A stretch of 64,000 bases of DNA, from NCBI GenBank assembly GCA_002633005.1, contig NMRA01000017.1:516260-580259 (forward strand), given 5' to 3'. Position numbers and translations under genes: made by a program. This document shows, one piece after another, positions 47,904-61,652 of the stretch. The notes beneath the pieces were generated by a model. It saw only the letters and a program-made list of their open reading frames with translations, searched no databases and had not been told where the DNA came from. This stretch comes from Phoronis australis. Its lineage: Eukaryota > Animalia > Phoronida. How positions within the stretch are numbered: position 1 is the stretch's first letter; each line of letters begins with the position of its first letter.

Positions 47904-48987
47904 AAAGAGCTGTCTTTGAATCCTAAAGTCAATAAACTTACAGTGTCCAGGGTCTTTCTCACCGAGAGAAAGAGATTTATTTGGCAAGTCAGAGCATTCG
48001 CAAGTATGGAATACCCAGCCTGTCATTTGCTAAAGCGTACTGGTTTTACACGTTAGCGCGAGCAGGCCTGATTAACATTTACGCGTAATAAATATCGTAA
48101 CGGGTTAACGTGCTGCAAAGATCAGTGTTCGCGCCACGATGTAACGTGACCAAGGCTGGTTGGTCACGCAGTCGCAACGAGTTGATCTTTTAGGCTTAAC
48201 ACATAAGTGTTTAAATATGCCAACTTGACGCTTTTATTTCAGAAACTTAAAGAAACTGTGAAATCCATTATACTGTTGCTGTCTTGCTGACATATTCACC
48301 CGTGATATTGTTAGTGAGGAAGTTGACATAAACAATGCAATAAGAAATGACCCCACAGATGAACCCTGGGACTCAATGAACTGTGACTGACCGGTTAATG
48401 ATGTGGTGAGCGGACATTGTTTCAGAGGCTGCTTCCAATCTGTTTGCCCTTTCTTTTTGAACAAATAGTAAAAACTTGACGCTCTCATAAAATACTGACA
48501 ATTACCATGCATGCAGAGGATTTAGAATTCTTAATTAGTTCATTGTCGGGGCTTTGTCCGATTTTGAATTGTGTCACTACTGACATGCATAAATAACAAC
48601 GTAAAACATATCAAAACCTCAGTCTGTTAAAGTTCAGACCCGCAGCATAACAAACTACAATACTCTCTACCAATCACAAACAAGCGACAACTTATGCACA
48701 TCTCAGTACAAAATGAATTGGCCCGTTTATACTTATTTCATACAGGCCTAAAGCAACGCACTAACGTGTAAAACCCGTACTCGTTAACAAAAACTGACAA
48801 ACTTGGGATACGCAAGCAATCAGAAGAGTTGATTTCATTGGGGGTACATTCAAAAAGGTCGGTGTTTTGCGAGTTCCGCGAGATCACGCGAGATAATGTA
48901 ACATTTACCGCTCGCTGGTTCCCAGCGTGTCGCTAGGTGCTAGAGAGCACCCAACCCCATCTCATTCAATAATGCTAGGATCTCGCT

Positions 48988-49934
48988 CTCGCTGGTTCCC
49001 TACGTGCCAAGCCAGCACACAGGTAGCACGCGCTTTAGCATTGGTTGATGTAACCTCGGCAGTCATTGGTTAGCTTTACAACAACGTGAAAAAATGGCGG
49101 ACTATGAACGATTTTAGCCTTGTCATGTAAGTGGCGTAGCAGCAACTATTTCGTTTGTGCAGTAATGTTTAATAGCCGCGTGCTTGAAGCACATACGTGT
49201 ACAATAAACACATAACCGGTGTGTTATTCATACTGTATGAATACAGGACAGTATTGTAAACAAAAGTCATCGACAGTAGAAAGATAGTAGCACCCTGCAG
49301 CTAGGACCTCGCTAAAAATCAAGACTTCGCGAGATTACGTGAGATATTGCCGTGTATTTCAAATGAAAGCACGTGACTTTGGCAAGGTTTTAGCTAGGGT
49401 ACTAGTGTAGGTCCTAGCGTTACTGAACGCATGCCAGGTATGGGAAAGTTTTTTACACCGGCGTTTCTGATTGGCTGGTCGAATTTTCAACAGGTAGCGC
49501 TTTACGCAAACAAACTGGCATGACTGTTGAAGGAAGTATAAATGTGGTCTGTTGTACAGAAAAACCGGTGCTTAATTCATGTCCAACGAAATGTGAATCC
49601 CAGAAAGTTGTGGTTGCGCATTTTCGGAGTGCATCTTTCTACTGTGGATGACTTTTGTTTACGTTGCTGTCCTGTATTGGCACACAGTATGAACACACCT
49701 GTTAAATGCGAGTTTATTGCCTACATGTATGTGCTTCAAGCACGCGGCTATTAAACATTACTGCAGAAACGAAATAGTTGCTGTTACACCTCTTGCATGA
49801 CAAGGCTAAAAATCGTTCATAGTCCGCCATTTCCTTTCTTTGTTGTTAAGCATGACTGAGGTTACATCAACCAGTAATAAAGCACGTGCTACTGAATGAT
49901 ATCTGCGTGTTATCTACACGCAGGGAACCAGCGA
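48988..49934. mobile_element. Foldback element with ~220-250-bp TIRs and a nested MITE
   Basis: CTCGCTGGTTCCCT...AATGGCGGACTATGAACGATTTT...GAAGCACATAC (48988-49210) is mirrored at 49713-49934. A family-32865 MITE is inserted at ~49300-49438. Confidence 0.85.
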
Positions 49935-50976
49935 GTATTTACTGATACATAGATATACTTCTTCGTCAGAAAGTCCTATAACGACTCGGATACTAACCTA
50001 AACACACCAGCAATATTACAGCTAGGGATCCTAATACTGCCGAAGTATTGAAAATTTTAACGAGTTCCCGTAAATTCATTATTTCCTACTTAAACTTGTA
50101 ATTACAGACGTATTATCAAATTACGTGACTGTGTAGTTAATCGAAGTACGACCGCATCTTTACTTTGTGTCCAAGGCAGAGAAAAAGGCATAAACTGAAA
50201 ACATACTATGCGGTGCACCGACAAATGTACGGTTGTACTAACATGACAATATTAATTACTTTCAGCTCAAATATGGAGATCATATTAAAATCAGATTTAT
50301 GGTTTTGTTGCATGTCTCAATTTGTGTGTTAACTCACCTTTCCCATTTTAAAAGGCTGTAGAGAAATTCATTTGTTGTTCGTATAATCATCCTGAATTCA
50401 GTCCTAATTGAAGTCTAACATCTTCGTTTTATGGACCAGTGGTCTTTACAAAACTGGAAGCTGATTTATTAGAGTTCTCAAATTTTATATATTTTTGGAT
50501 ACTTATTTTGAAGAAATTAAAGGGCTATTGTTTTGATGTTTCCGCGCATGCGTATACGTATACGGATATGGACGGGTTTCAAGTTACCGTACATGTTTAT
50601 TACATTTAGGGACATTATCGTTTTCACATCTAAAAACGCATTTTTGGCCTTATTGCTGAGTCTGGTAGAATTTTGTTTTTGAAGTTCTAGTTTTGGGTTT
50701 GTATTACGAATAGCTAGTTCTTGACTTTGTCTACCCGTCATGCGCTGAAATCGTTAAGTAATCTCCTTAGGCAGCAGAGAGATTGGCTGCGTTGCGAGAG
50801 TTTCAGGTTCGATTATGCACTAGGGAAGGCGTTCGCCGTCATAAAAAGTCACTTAAGACTTTTAAGTAGGATGAAATTTGGTCTTTCGCTCCAAGCAACT
50901 ATTTTTGAAAAAAATTAAATATCACTTGAGAAAAAGCAAGGTCTCTACGAATACACTTATAATTGCTGTTACTACA

Positions 50977-51212
50977 GAGCTACTCAGGACCCGATATCCG
51001 TGCAGTTACTTTTTGCAGACAACTGTTATGCCATGCATCCCATGAGCGGCGTTTCGCCTTTTTCAGATGCTCAGTCGGGGATGCATGACGTAACAGTTGA
51101 CTGTAAACAGTAATTACACAGATATCGAGTCCTCAGTAGCTCAGTGGTAAGAGCACTAGACCGGCAATCTAGAGACCTGTGGTTCGGTTCCCAGTCGCGG
51201 TTCCTGATTTTT
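50977..51212. other. Hairpin element: 65-bp inverted arms, hammerhead-like loop, tRNA-like Pol III unit
   Basis: 50977-51041 is the reverse complement of 51078-51142. The loop on the minus strand reads TGAGC-AT-CTGAAAAAGGC-GAAA-CGCC-GCTCA. 51127-51204 has an A box TAGCTCAGTGG, an anticodon-like stem CTAGA-CCGGCAA-TCTAG and a B box GGTTCGGTTCC, followed by T5. Confidence 0.7.
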
Positions 51213-52050
51213 CTGTGTTTATTTCGGCACTAATGGCCAACCTTAACGTCTGTATATCTTCTTATAACTGATAGTTAATTGTAAATACTTGTACAAATTA
51301 TTTCAAGACTGAAATGCGCTCATAATTACCTGGTTAAGCTTTTTTACAGTACAGCTATTGTTAAATGGGACACTTTTTATTTTAAGAGTTTTAAGCCACT
51401 TTCATGATCCCTAGTGTTAAAAACGGTTTGTCTCGCCGATTAATTACTTTAAAATGATAGAATATCCTTCTACAATATCATCGGGGTAGAGCGGATACGA
51501 CAAACGTGAAGATCAGGTGCATGTGTTACAGTGCTGAGACAGCTAAATATAAATCATTGAAAACGCATTTGATTAAAGCCACCTGGCAGTAAATACGGGC
51601 ATATATGATAATTTTGACAGTGGTCACGACATAGCTGATTGATAGAAAACGCAAGAGAAAACAACGACTGGAATATCAGTTGCAATTCATTCTGTTTGAA
51701 GTGTATGCCCAAAAACTGCAATATTTGAACGCGACCAAAATCTTTGCTTTAGATCACTTAGAGATATGAAATAGGCACCAACTTGATCCTTATAATAAAT
51801 TAAAGGTGACTCCTTGGCTTACTAACAACTTCCAATTTATTACAGCTCGACTCGAGGCGCAAGCTCTATCTCACGGCAATACACGGTGTACTCGAAACTC
51901 GATTCTGAAAATTGGCCAGTCGCATCACTGATGGCACGCTTCGAGTAAACTTAGAAATTTATACTCGAATGACACGATGTGGCTTGGTTAATTTTCAAAT
52001 CCCGAGTCGGAGATTAGTCGATAGGCCTGGACCAAGGAGTGTACTAGTAC

Positions 52051-54684
52051 AATAGAGTTCACTCCGCCATTTTACCATTCGCCGCAATGGTTACCGGTCG
52101 AAACACTAGCGCTCCAAGCGGTGAATAATCAATACTTAGTTAGGAGCACAGTCCGAACAATGTACACTCATAAATTCATACTTTAATGACATTCAACGTG
52201 CAATAAAATTACTATGTGATTGAAAATGGTTAGAATACATAAACTAACATCCACTTACAATCGAATGAGAAAGAAAATGTGTATTTTAATCAATATTAAA
52301 GTGTACTTGTTTTTATTCTCTTGAAGCCGCTCCGGCCCTTCAAAATCCATCATGGTTTTGTTTCATGCTTGAGTTCTTAACAAGGCAATTATCGTTCCTT
52401 ATAACAGTTTATACCTCCACGAACTACATAATTGGAATGATTGCTCCTGGGGGCTCAGAGGGGAATTCCCCCCAGGTGCCAACTAAGGGGGTACCAGGCA
52501 AAAACCAGGTGGGCGCCAAATGGGTGTTGACCTCCTCCCAGGGGGGTTACATGGGAGGAGTGCTAAACAGGTAAAAACCAATGGGTATGTATGCCACATG
52601 GGTGTTGAGCCCCTCCCATCGTCACACAATTTGGTTGCTCCACTGACCATTGACAAACATGTTGCTCCCAGCTCACTGCTGGTTTCATCTCCACCCAACA
52701 ATTTTGCATTTGTTCCCTATTCAATGCACCACGCTCAGCACTAGCAATGCAGACAATTGTTTTGTGCAGTGGGTGTTACACAAGTGAGAAGAAGAAAGCA
52801 AGGCAATTCATCACTACCACAACAATTTTAGAACATTCCATTATTTCTTAGACATATGCCAGTATAGGGTAAACTCAATCCCACTCTCCCACTCACCAAC
52901 AGTTGCAAGTCAGTTGCTAATCTGTAGAATACTAGCTCACAACTTACAAAACGTAGTAACATTGATTATATCATCAATCATAACTAGTCAAAGTTCAAAA
53001 TGCCATGGCAAAAAAATTAAGAGGTACTGAACAGCAATGAAAATAGTCACTACCCACACAGCTTCATACAAAACTGAATTAAAAAGACTTGGATGATAAA
53101 ACCAAAATTATATTTTATATACCCACTGTTCCTGTTATCAATAACAGTAAATATTTCATGTAAGTTAAAACCAGACCACAAGATCATATCTGATTCCTAG
53201 CCACAACTGGGGCTTAAATTAATCACAATCTCCAAAAACGTACAAAATAGGCAACACACAACCAACCAATACAACAAGAAAATCTGACCAACCTTGTCAC
53301 CCTCTATTAATTCACTAGTAAACAACAGCACTTTTCGCATAAGAAATGCGTTATAAATAAAGCTGAAAACTAATTTACTCACAGAGGTATTTGTCATCGA
53401 GAAGTAAAATGATACAGATAGCTTGGGTTTAACAAAATTTCAGCCCACCATTCAGACTATGAATGATCCATCAGTTTCACTTTGGCTCTTTCCAAATCAC
53501 AAAATGTTTCAATCTGATCAACCTCAGTAAAATACGAAAACCAGATTTTCACTAATTGTCCTAATTCTACACGTGATGTTCCAGTACTTGTTTTGTGAGA
53601 CGATAATCAGAAATGCAAAAAAGCATATTCCAGAGCTGTAATATAATTTCGGGAGAACTTTTTGACCGTGACATCTTCATTTTTGGTGGATTCGGGACAT
53701 CAAATATTGTTCGGGCACTGCAGTCAATACCAGCTTGTTCTTCATTCATGAACATGGACTCCTCGACGTGATGAGAGCATAACTTGCAGTTCTTGGACAA
53801 ACTTTGATAGGCTGCATCTCTATTCATAACTGAGGTCAGCTCCCAGCACTTGCACCTCGGAGAAATCAATGACTGAGAGACTCAGGAACAAACCTCATAC
53901 TCACTAGGTTCACAGAAGACTGGTAGCCTACACTAAAGTACACTACACTACAGAATTCCTGTCGTACTGTGATTGTGACAGAGACAAAAGCGTTTTGGTG
54001 TCAACTGAAAAAAAACTCGGACTCAAATGTTGATCCACAGATATTTTAACATGGCCGCGCCCCCGCAATAATGACGCACTACATTAAATTTATGTTGATT
54101 TTTTTCACCTTTTCACCGAGACCCACAGATTCTCTAACTTGACTCATGACAGACTTGTGGCCCTGTGGCTGTATTGTGCCATGGCCGTGTCACCAGTCAT
54201 ATTACCCATGGCCATGGGCATGGGTATGTTTTCCTAAAATTATCCCTGCGATCGTACGGGTGACATTTTGATTTAGAATTCATGGACTGCAAGTATCCAA
54301 AAAGCTGACGATCACATCGGACGTTCATCATAGTCCTCCCGCCGGCAGCCCGGCTGTACAGTAGGCCTAGCCACACTGCGGACAACAGTGGCAACAAGAC
54401 TGCGATCGATTTGTCTGACACTCTAACAACGGTGAACAGAACACACAAAATGAAAGGCAATGTATCAAATTACTGAATAACAGATAATCCTTACCTTTCT
54501 GGATCCTTAGGAAACCTAAAAATGACACGTCTGGGGTTTTCGTGGATGAATTCATGCAATTTATCGCACTGCAAAATGCGTCCATCCCCATTGTTTTGGC
54601 GCTTCCTGGTTGACAGTTGCTTAGTCACCACTTGGCGGCGCTAGTAGTAGCGGTAACAGCGAACTCACTGGTGAACTCTCCTAT
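52051..54684 (-). mobile_element. THAP-domain DNA transposon relic with imperfect TIRs
   Basis: Left end ATAGAGTTCAC...GTTACCG...CTAGCGCTCCAAGCGGTGAATAATCAA versus right end reverse complement ATAGGAGAGTTCAC...GTTACCG...CTAGCGCCGCCAAGTGGTGACTAAGCAA; encloses a THAP pseudogene. Confidence 0.7.
53660..54591 (-). pseudogene. Two-exon THAP zinc-finger pseudogene (54591-54495 and 53855 to ~53660)
   Basis: Exon 1 reads MGMDAFCSAINCMNSSTKTPDVSF[+1 T]FRFPKDPE-AG|gtaagg. Exon 2 reads CKCW...NCKLCSHH.EESMFMN...TIFDVPNPP. This is the C2CH THAP signature with a 1-nt deletion in a T run. Confidence 0.8.
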
Positions 54685-57600
54685 ACTACGGTAAAGTCGC
54701 GTGATATTCGGACGGCCCGCCATTTTCGACCAAGAATAAATATTTCCGAAATGAGTTTTTCATAGTCCACGAAATTCGTACAAGGTCCAAAAACTGTTTT
54801 TCAAAGATCCTTGAATTTCGGACATTGTCATAAACATCGGAATTTTGTCCCACGACTTTCGGACAAGGAAAATTTTAGAAATGGTAATTTGGGATCGACG
54901 CAACTCCCGTGTCACTAAAGCGTTCAACGGATGATTACTACTGTATGAGGCTTGAGTCCGAGAATCGGTATAACGGGTTTGTAATTTTTACCTTGTCTTG
55001 ACGATGTCACGACCGTGACTCGATTTTCTTGCGTTTAGCTTGTGTTTGGCGCTTTAGCTATGAAAAGAATCACCGATCCGCATAACCAAAATTTCTGATG
55101 AAAATAAAAATAGGAAATACACCGAAGGCTGCAACTTTTCGTTGTAGCGTAACATGTGCTCTGGTTTAAATAGGCCATGCTGTTCGACTCCCGACTGTGA
55201 CATTGAACATGCACGCCTGACATCAACTTGCGTGTTTACGAAACGTTTTTATTTTAAAACGTCCTGGCCTTTGCAAATGCCCAACTATCGCTTGCTTAAT
55301 AATTTTGAATGGGACAGTTAGCAAGGAACGAGCCACCACTGACTAACATTCAGACGTGCTTCTGATAACGCAATTTTTGGGTTCAAACGAAAATTTTTCA
55401 TTAAAAATCTGTTTGCAGTTCAAACGTCTTTCGTTTTTCAGTGTCTTCTTGGTAGTGCTCATTCGTGTAATGTGTTAAGCGGTGTAAGGCCCATCGCGCT
55501 GGTGCAGTGCCGCACACGCAATTGCTACAAGGACACTGCATCCCTGCCTTATGTTGTGTAAGTGCCTGTACTATAACACATATCAAAAACTAATATACAC
55601 CCACGTAACCACGCTTCACTTCCCTTACAAATTCTCTATCTCTGATAAGCATCACAGATGCAAGAATCTCGCTTAAGAAGCTAGTGTGATCGTGTGCTTC
55701 GCTTGCAATACTTGACCATACGTCTCGAAGTCTTCAGACTAGCGTGCTCGTGAGATTCTCACCCTTGCGGCCCTGGACGAAGACTAGGGAAGAGTTCAGT
55801 AGCTGTCTTGGGAATAGAAAAATCTAGCCAAAATCACGTTTTCAACTGAAAATACACAATATGTCATGTAATTTCATGAATTCTTGCTTTTTAGTGCAAA
55901 GTCTTGCTTTTTAGGTAAAGTCCTAGCGTTGCGAACTTTACCCCTATGTAGACCTAAACAAGATTGAATATGCGGCGACCTAATTTTGCTTGCTCATTCA
56001 CTGGTTTTGTACTTGTTGTCTTGTTAATTCGTGCCTTGTACCGTCTAAGGTATGAACACCCTGGACTCCATGGTGTCCCGAGATTAAGATGAATCCCGAC
56101 AACTGAGGAAGTGGGGGGCTATAACCTCCCACTTTTTTCAGTGCTATGCCACGCATGATCAATAGGCGATGCACCACAGGGGTTTGAGGGGGCTTTAGCC
56201 CCCCACTTTTTTCAGTGCTGCGCCCGGCGCCAAGCGGTACCCTGTGGCACTCGATCTCTGTCTGCGGCGACCGTAAAAAAATCCAATCATTTCGAAAAAT
56301 GATAAGTCAGTTGAATCAGATTTGATAGACGTTACTTCTTGCGGTCCTAGGGGTAGGCTAACAAGAATACAGGACCTGCAGTCCGATGCAACGAGCCTGG
56401 GACCTTATAGGTGTTTCCGACCTAGAGTTCCATATCTACTTTCCACCTGGCCTTCTTGTCCATGTCACCGCCTTCAGTTGATAGTTTTGAGACAAAAAAG
56501 AAACGTGATCTTAAACTACAGACCATGCTTTTTGTATTACTTAAGATAGTTTTAGAGGCATTTCAGCTGTAAGTGTGTTTAATTTTACTTGGTTCGAAAG
56601 AGATGAGATGACTGTTACATTGCTAATTATTCTTCTATTTTTACCCGAGATGATGCCTTACTTGCAGCAAGGGTAAATAATTATGGGAAGTATTTCCAGC
56701 GATTTCCGTATATAAGTTCGGGAAACCAAACGTCTATGTAAAAATACACCAGGGCCTATACTCGGCAATGTCGAATACACGAACACAGTATAAATACTCA
56801 CCCTAATTATATTCTAGTGGGAATAGCATTATTTTCAGATTTCAAGCATGCATTTTTATTCTCAGATATGCATCCAGGTATATTTTAGGGAAAAAAATTA
56901 AGATACGCAAATTGGGCATATGTTCTGCTGGACACACGGAAACCTACGGTGGATCTTCTTAAACCTGTAAACCATGAAAATTTCATTGAGACAGTTTTGT
57001 TCTACTAACATGTTCAACTAACATTCCGTTCATGCAAGTCGGTCAGTACGTTCGCGTTTAAGGCGTTATTGCAACAGGTTAGTGTTGTTTTGATTTTTGT
57101 TTGGTGTTTCCATATTTTATTTTGTTATGTATTCCCCTCTTCAGATAGTCACTGTTATTCTTCAACAATATTTCTGTGCTTACAATGAGACTTCAGTAAA
57201 CTCACAACTGATCATACTTTAAATTTTAGCATTCATTGTAAGTGTGTGACGTCCATCAGCAGGAAGAACTATTTTCCGTAACTGTAGCAAATATATTACG
57301 CAATGAAATGAAAACGGTCGACAAAGATGGATTGTAATTGGTTAAGTATACACTAAGGAAGAAAATTAAGTATATAAATAGTTGACCGGTTCTTAAATTG
57401 CGTCCTTGATGAGTTCACGCTGTCCCAATGTTTTCGTTCCACTTTTTAGGTCGTCTCTAGTCGATTCTTCTAACAGTCGTGATCTGCCCAGTAGCCTATT
57501 GTATCAACGTGCGGGGGGGGGAGGGGGGGTGCACCTAGCAGACTCTCGTAGAATTAGTGGCTCAAAATCGACATTGGTGTGCAGCAGGAGGCTGGTGGAA

Positions 57601-59889
57601 AATTAGTAGTGACTGAGGGAGACTGAGCTGCACGAAACTGGTGACGACCGTGGACGGCGTTAAACTGGTGACGACCAGAAGAAACGGCCCTGTTGTCTTC
57701 CACGCAGATTATCAGAAAATTTTAACGATTATCAGTTTCATTTCATCCACAAACCGATTTCACAAGTCAGAGTTTTCACTGTGGTTAAAAACGTAAGCGA
57801 ACCCAGATGTGTTAGGTCACCTCAGTTGCATGAAGACGCGCCTGTGTATCACTGAGTAACATCGGGCGTTTCAAAGGCTGTGGATGAGAAAGGTTTTAAT
57901 TGTAAAAAACTGTTGGGTGAATTTGATGTTGGTAGCATTTGAAATTGCATTCGCTTTCTAGACAACGCCCTTATATATACAATATGTTAGTTAATCGTGT
58001 CTTCAGCCGCGCAGCACTGTACCAGTAGACGCATTCCCATAGTTTGCAGTAGGCCTAAACATATGTAGAACGACAGCGCTTCTTCAACAATTCAATGACT
58101 ACCAGAACGACGAATGGGGATCACGAGTCGATGAGAAAGTACTCATTTTACTATCATGATTGTCTTTGTAATCTATTTTAGATAATTGTTCATTCGAAGT
58201 TTTCATGTTGAAACTGAGCTTTCAGGTGATATGGAAATAAACGTGTCAGAGTTAACTTGCGTTACGGTTTGTAACCAGCAGGCAATGCATGGATACGTTG
58301 AACAAACATAAATATGTACTATGCTCTGGTCATTGTTCATCACCTTCTTCATTGAAATCGTTCCCACATCCATTACTGTTACGTTTAATACACAATTCGT
58401 TAAAATTGAGAAAGCGCATGTTTTGATGGTCGGAAACCCTCTTTGTGCGTCGAATACGCAAGTCCAGCTTTTTATTGGGAAACCATATTAAAAAGCGCCT
58501 ATTGAGGCGCTCTTTGTGTGTTGACAGCGCAAACTCGACATTTTTTACAAAAGAGAATCAGTTGTCTGGAACGTTTCATGTGCGTCAACAACGCAAACCA
58601 GACCCACTCATTGGAAAGCCCATATTTGTCACCAGGAAGACTCCTTTTTCACAACGCAGCCCGCTATTTCAAGTGAGATAGCGCATTTTTGCTAAGATTC
58701 CGTCACTTGCCGAGAACGGTTTTTGAGCGTCGGCGAAGCAAGCCGAACATTTCATATTGAGAAAGGGCATCTTTGAAAAGAAGAACCAACACTTGTCGGG
58801 AAAGGTATTTATGCGTTGACAACGCACATTTCTTATTGGGAAAGCCAGATTTTCAAAAAGTAATCGCGCATACCGTTTGAGTCTTATTGACCTGCAATTG
58901 TGCTGCTATCAAATGACCGAGCCAGCAATGTTTGATACTACGACCGCTCATCGAAATAATGTACACCCACGAAATTGGGACACTAGCCGAAACCCAAATT
59001 TGGAGGTCCGCCAAATTCGGACACCACAGAAATGATGTTTCGCGAGATTCGTCCAAGAATGAATTTTTTCTATTGGAATTAATTTTCAGTGTCCGAAAAT
59101 CACGCGACTCGTACTACACTCCTCGCCTGGACTCAACAAGAGCACCGTTCTTCGCGGCAGCCTGAGGACATTTCATTTGCGCGTGCATTGTCTCGCGTAA
59201 CAAACTCTGAGCTCATCCTATGTTCTCATTTGAGCAAGGAACAAGACTAGATTTGTACCAGATGTCTAAGTCCAAACTTCGTTTCTTTGACAGAACAAGG
59301 GTATGCTGGGGGTTTAAAAGCGGTAACCTACTCCTTGGTGTGCTGATTGAAGGAAGGTGGTTCTGTTGAAATAACTATTACACTGGTCAGCGACATTGGT
59401 TGAAATGATACTCAATGCACTCCACTATGATCATACTTCATTTAGTGTAAAATGGAGATTACAAATAGTCCTACTGGCAAATCTAATTTTTGCACTTAAA
59501 GGTGCATTTCGCTGCTGTTTAAGTTGTCATTGTCCCTGACAATGCGCACATGCGCCATTTTAGAATTCGCTATTATAGGGTTGCGGCCGACCCCCAATAC
59601 AGTCTGGCGAGTTTTTGGTCAGTCGTATATGACAGTGACGGATCTAGGATATCACAAGGGGGTCCAACATTTTGTCTGGCTGTAAGCATTTGCGCAAACT
59701 GAACCACGATTGTAGATGCGCATAGCACCGAATGGGGGGGAGGTCGGGAGGGGGTTATGCCCCCTTCCCGCCCAGGAAACTTTTCTGCGTTTTTTACCTC
59801 TAAAAATCAAGCATTTTCCTTGATTCCTGAAGTATTATCCAAGAAAAAAGGCAAAAAAAGACATGGAGAACGTGTCAAACAGGAAAAAC

Positions 59890-59955
59890 TGCAAGTACCA
59901 AAGACTCGAACTCACGACCTGGCGGCGAGAGCGCTACGCCGCTACACCACCACGA
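59890..59955 (-). mobile_element. tRNA-derived SINE-like head
   Basis: Minus strand TGGTGTAGCGGCGTAGCG (A box) ... GGTCGTGAGTTCGAGTC (B box). Confidence 0.45.
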
Positions 59956-61652
59956 TTTAACTACTAATCTTACTAAAAGACCTACTTGCTTATGGTCCAC
60001 AGCGTTTGCGCGCGAAACCTACTTCTTTTTGTAATGCTTATTACACGTTTTATATTTTGTGCCATCAATTCTTAACAAATTTGTTGTATTTGAAATAGTC
60101 TTCAAATGCTTAAAGGACCAAATCTATTTTTCGTGTTGGCAATAATGACGGGATTGCTTTGGAAATCGTCTTAAGATAAGCCTAAGGTTTGACAAAGAGA
60201 GAATTGCGAGTTTCTGAGTGATTCACTAAGGCTTCGATTAAAATTCACATCTTACCAGCAGCTTCTGTTTTTTCATCGTCACTCAGGTTCCATTTTCTTT
60301 AAAAAATGAAGTATATTTTCTTCATTGCACAGTTGAGCAGACGACGGAAACGGAGTCGTAGTGCGCAGCGCCACTGCCGGTCGCCTGGGATATCGCGGGA
60401 GAGCCTATACTTAGCCATAGTTCCGTTACGAATGCGCCGTGTTCCGAATTTGACACTTGAAATTGGATTTGAGCCCCCTCCCCCCAACACTAAAACTGCA
60501 CACATTTAAATTTTTTTCGTATAATTTTAATTACCGGGGTTAATTAATAAGCTCACCATTTCCCTACGCTCTTGCTGTTTTATTTTTTGTGGCAGCCAAG
60601 GGGGGGGGGGGGGGGGGGNGCCCCCTGGGCCACCCCTAAATCCGCCTATGTATGATAGGACCAAATCGATTTTTCGTACAAAACGAAATTGTAGAAAATC
60701 GAGCAAATTTTCGATGTTTTAAGTTTTCGTTTTCCCATTTCTCCAAAAAATCGAAAACTAAAAATGAAAAAATTAAATAATTTATTGATTTCTCGTTTTC
60801 GTGGAGAAAAATGGAAATACCAATTCCACCACGCAGCTGCACCACTATGTCGTTCTCAAATACTACTTAGTGTCAGCTGTTCAATGTTCGCCTTTATGGA
60901 ATTCTATACGCGTGTTGGCTTGTTATTTGTTTGTTTTCATTTGCTGCATTGTTTTATTCAATGAAATGCTTGTATAGCCAAGAAATATTTTATAATCTTA
61001 GACATTTTAGTCATGACTGCAGGCCCCATTGCGTGAGAGTGGTTCGAATTTCTAGAACAGTGGACCTTTGATATTTTGCAAACGTCGACACCGTAGAGTT
61101 TTTGGTGAGGCAATGGGCACAGCTTAATTAGGCAGAATGGAAATCGGTATACATAAAATGATTCTCAGCTCTATGTTCCTGAGATGAGACGGAATTCGTA
61201 ATACCAGAAATGAGGATGCCGTGACGGTTGCATGGGCTCACCAAGCCTGAAAAATGGTGGAGCTCGAATTTTTGAGAATACGTCCAGAGCTATGAATTGT
61301 GCATTCACCGAATTTTATCACTTCCTGCCTTTTTAGCGGACTTTTGTCTCGCTTTTTTACTTTTCCGGAGCCCGAGGCGGACCTTTTTGCCCACTGCGCG
61401 AATGCAGTTGCTCGAAAGAGGAACAGGACTCAAATTCGGACGCAAGGTTGTCCAGAAATAGAACCGTTTTGCGTTACTTCCTGCCAAACTTTCAAATCAG
61501 GCGTGCTTAATGAGTGATTACACCGCATTACTTTTTTGAACGGAAATATATAGTCACAGAATGACTTGACGAAGTTTTTATCTAGTTATGGTTTTGCGTG
61601 TTGCTTTTAAGGAAATTAAAAGTTGCTTACGTCGCTGGAAATAGGAACAGCC

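Noticed and set aside
47636-48056. His-rich and Met-rich ORFs
   Set aside because: Degenerate (GAT)n microsatellite.
51127-51204. Functional tRNA gene
   Set aside because: The acceptor stem does not pair properly and the T-loop is altered; treated as a tRNA-derived repeat.
54687-59113. AGTCGCGTGATwTTCGGAC in inverted orientation as TIRs of a 4.4-kb element
   Set aside because: The similarity is short, with no TSD or transposase between; more likely two fragments of one repeat family.
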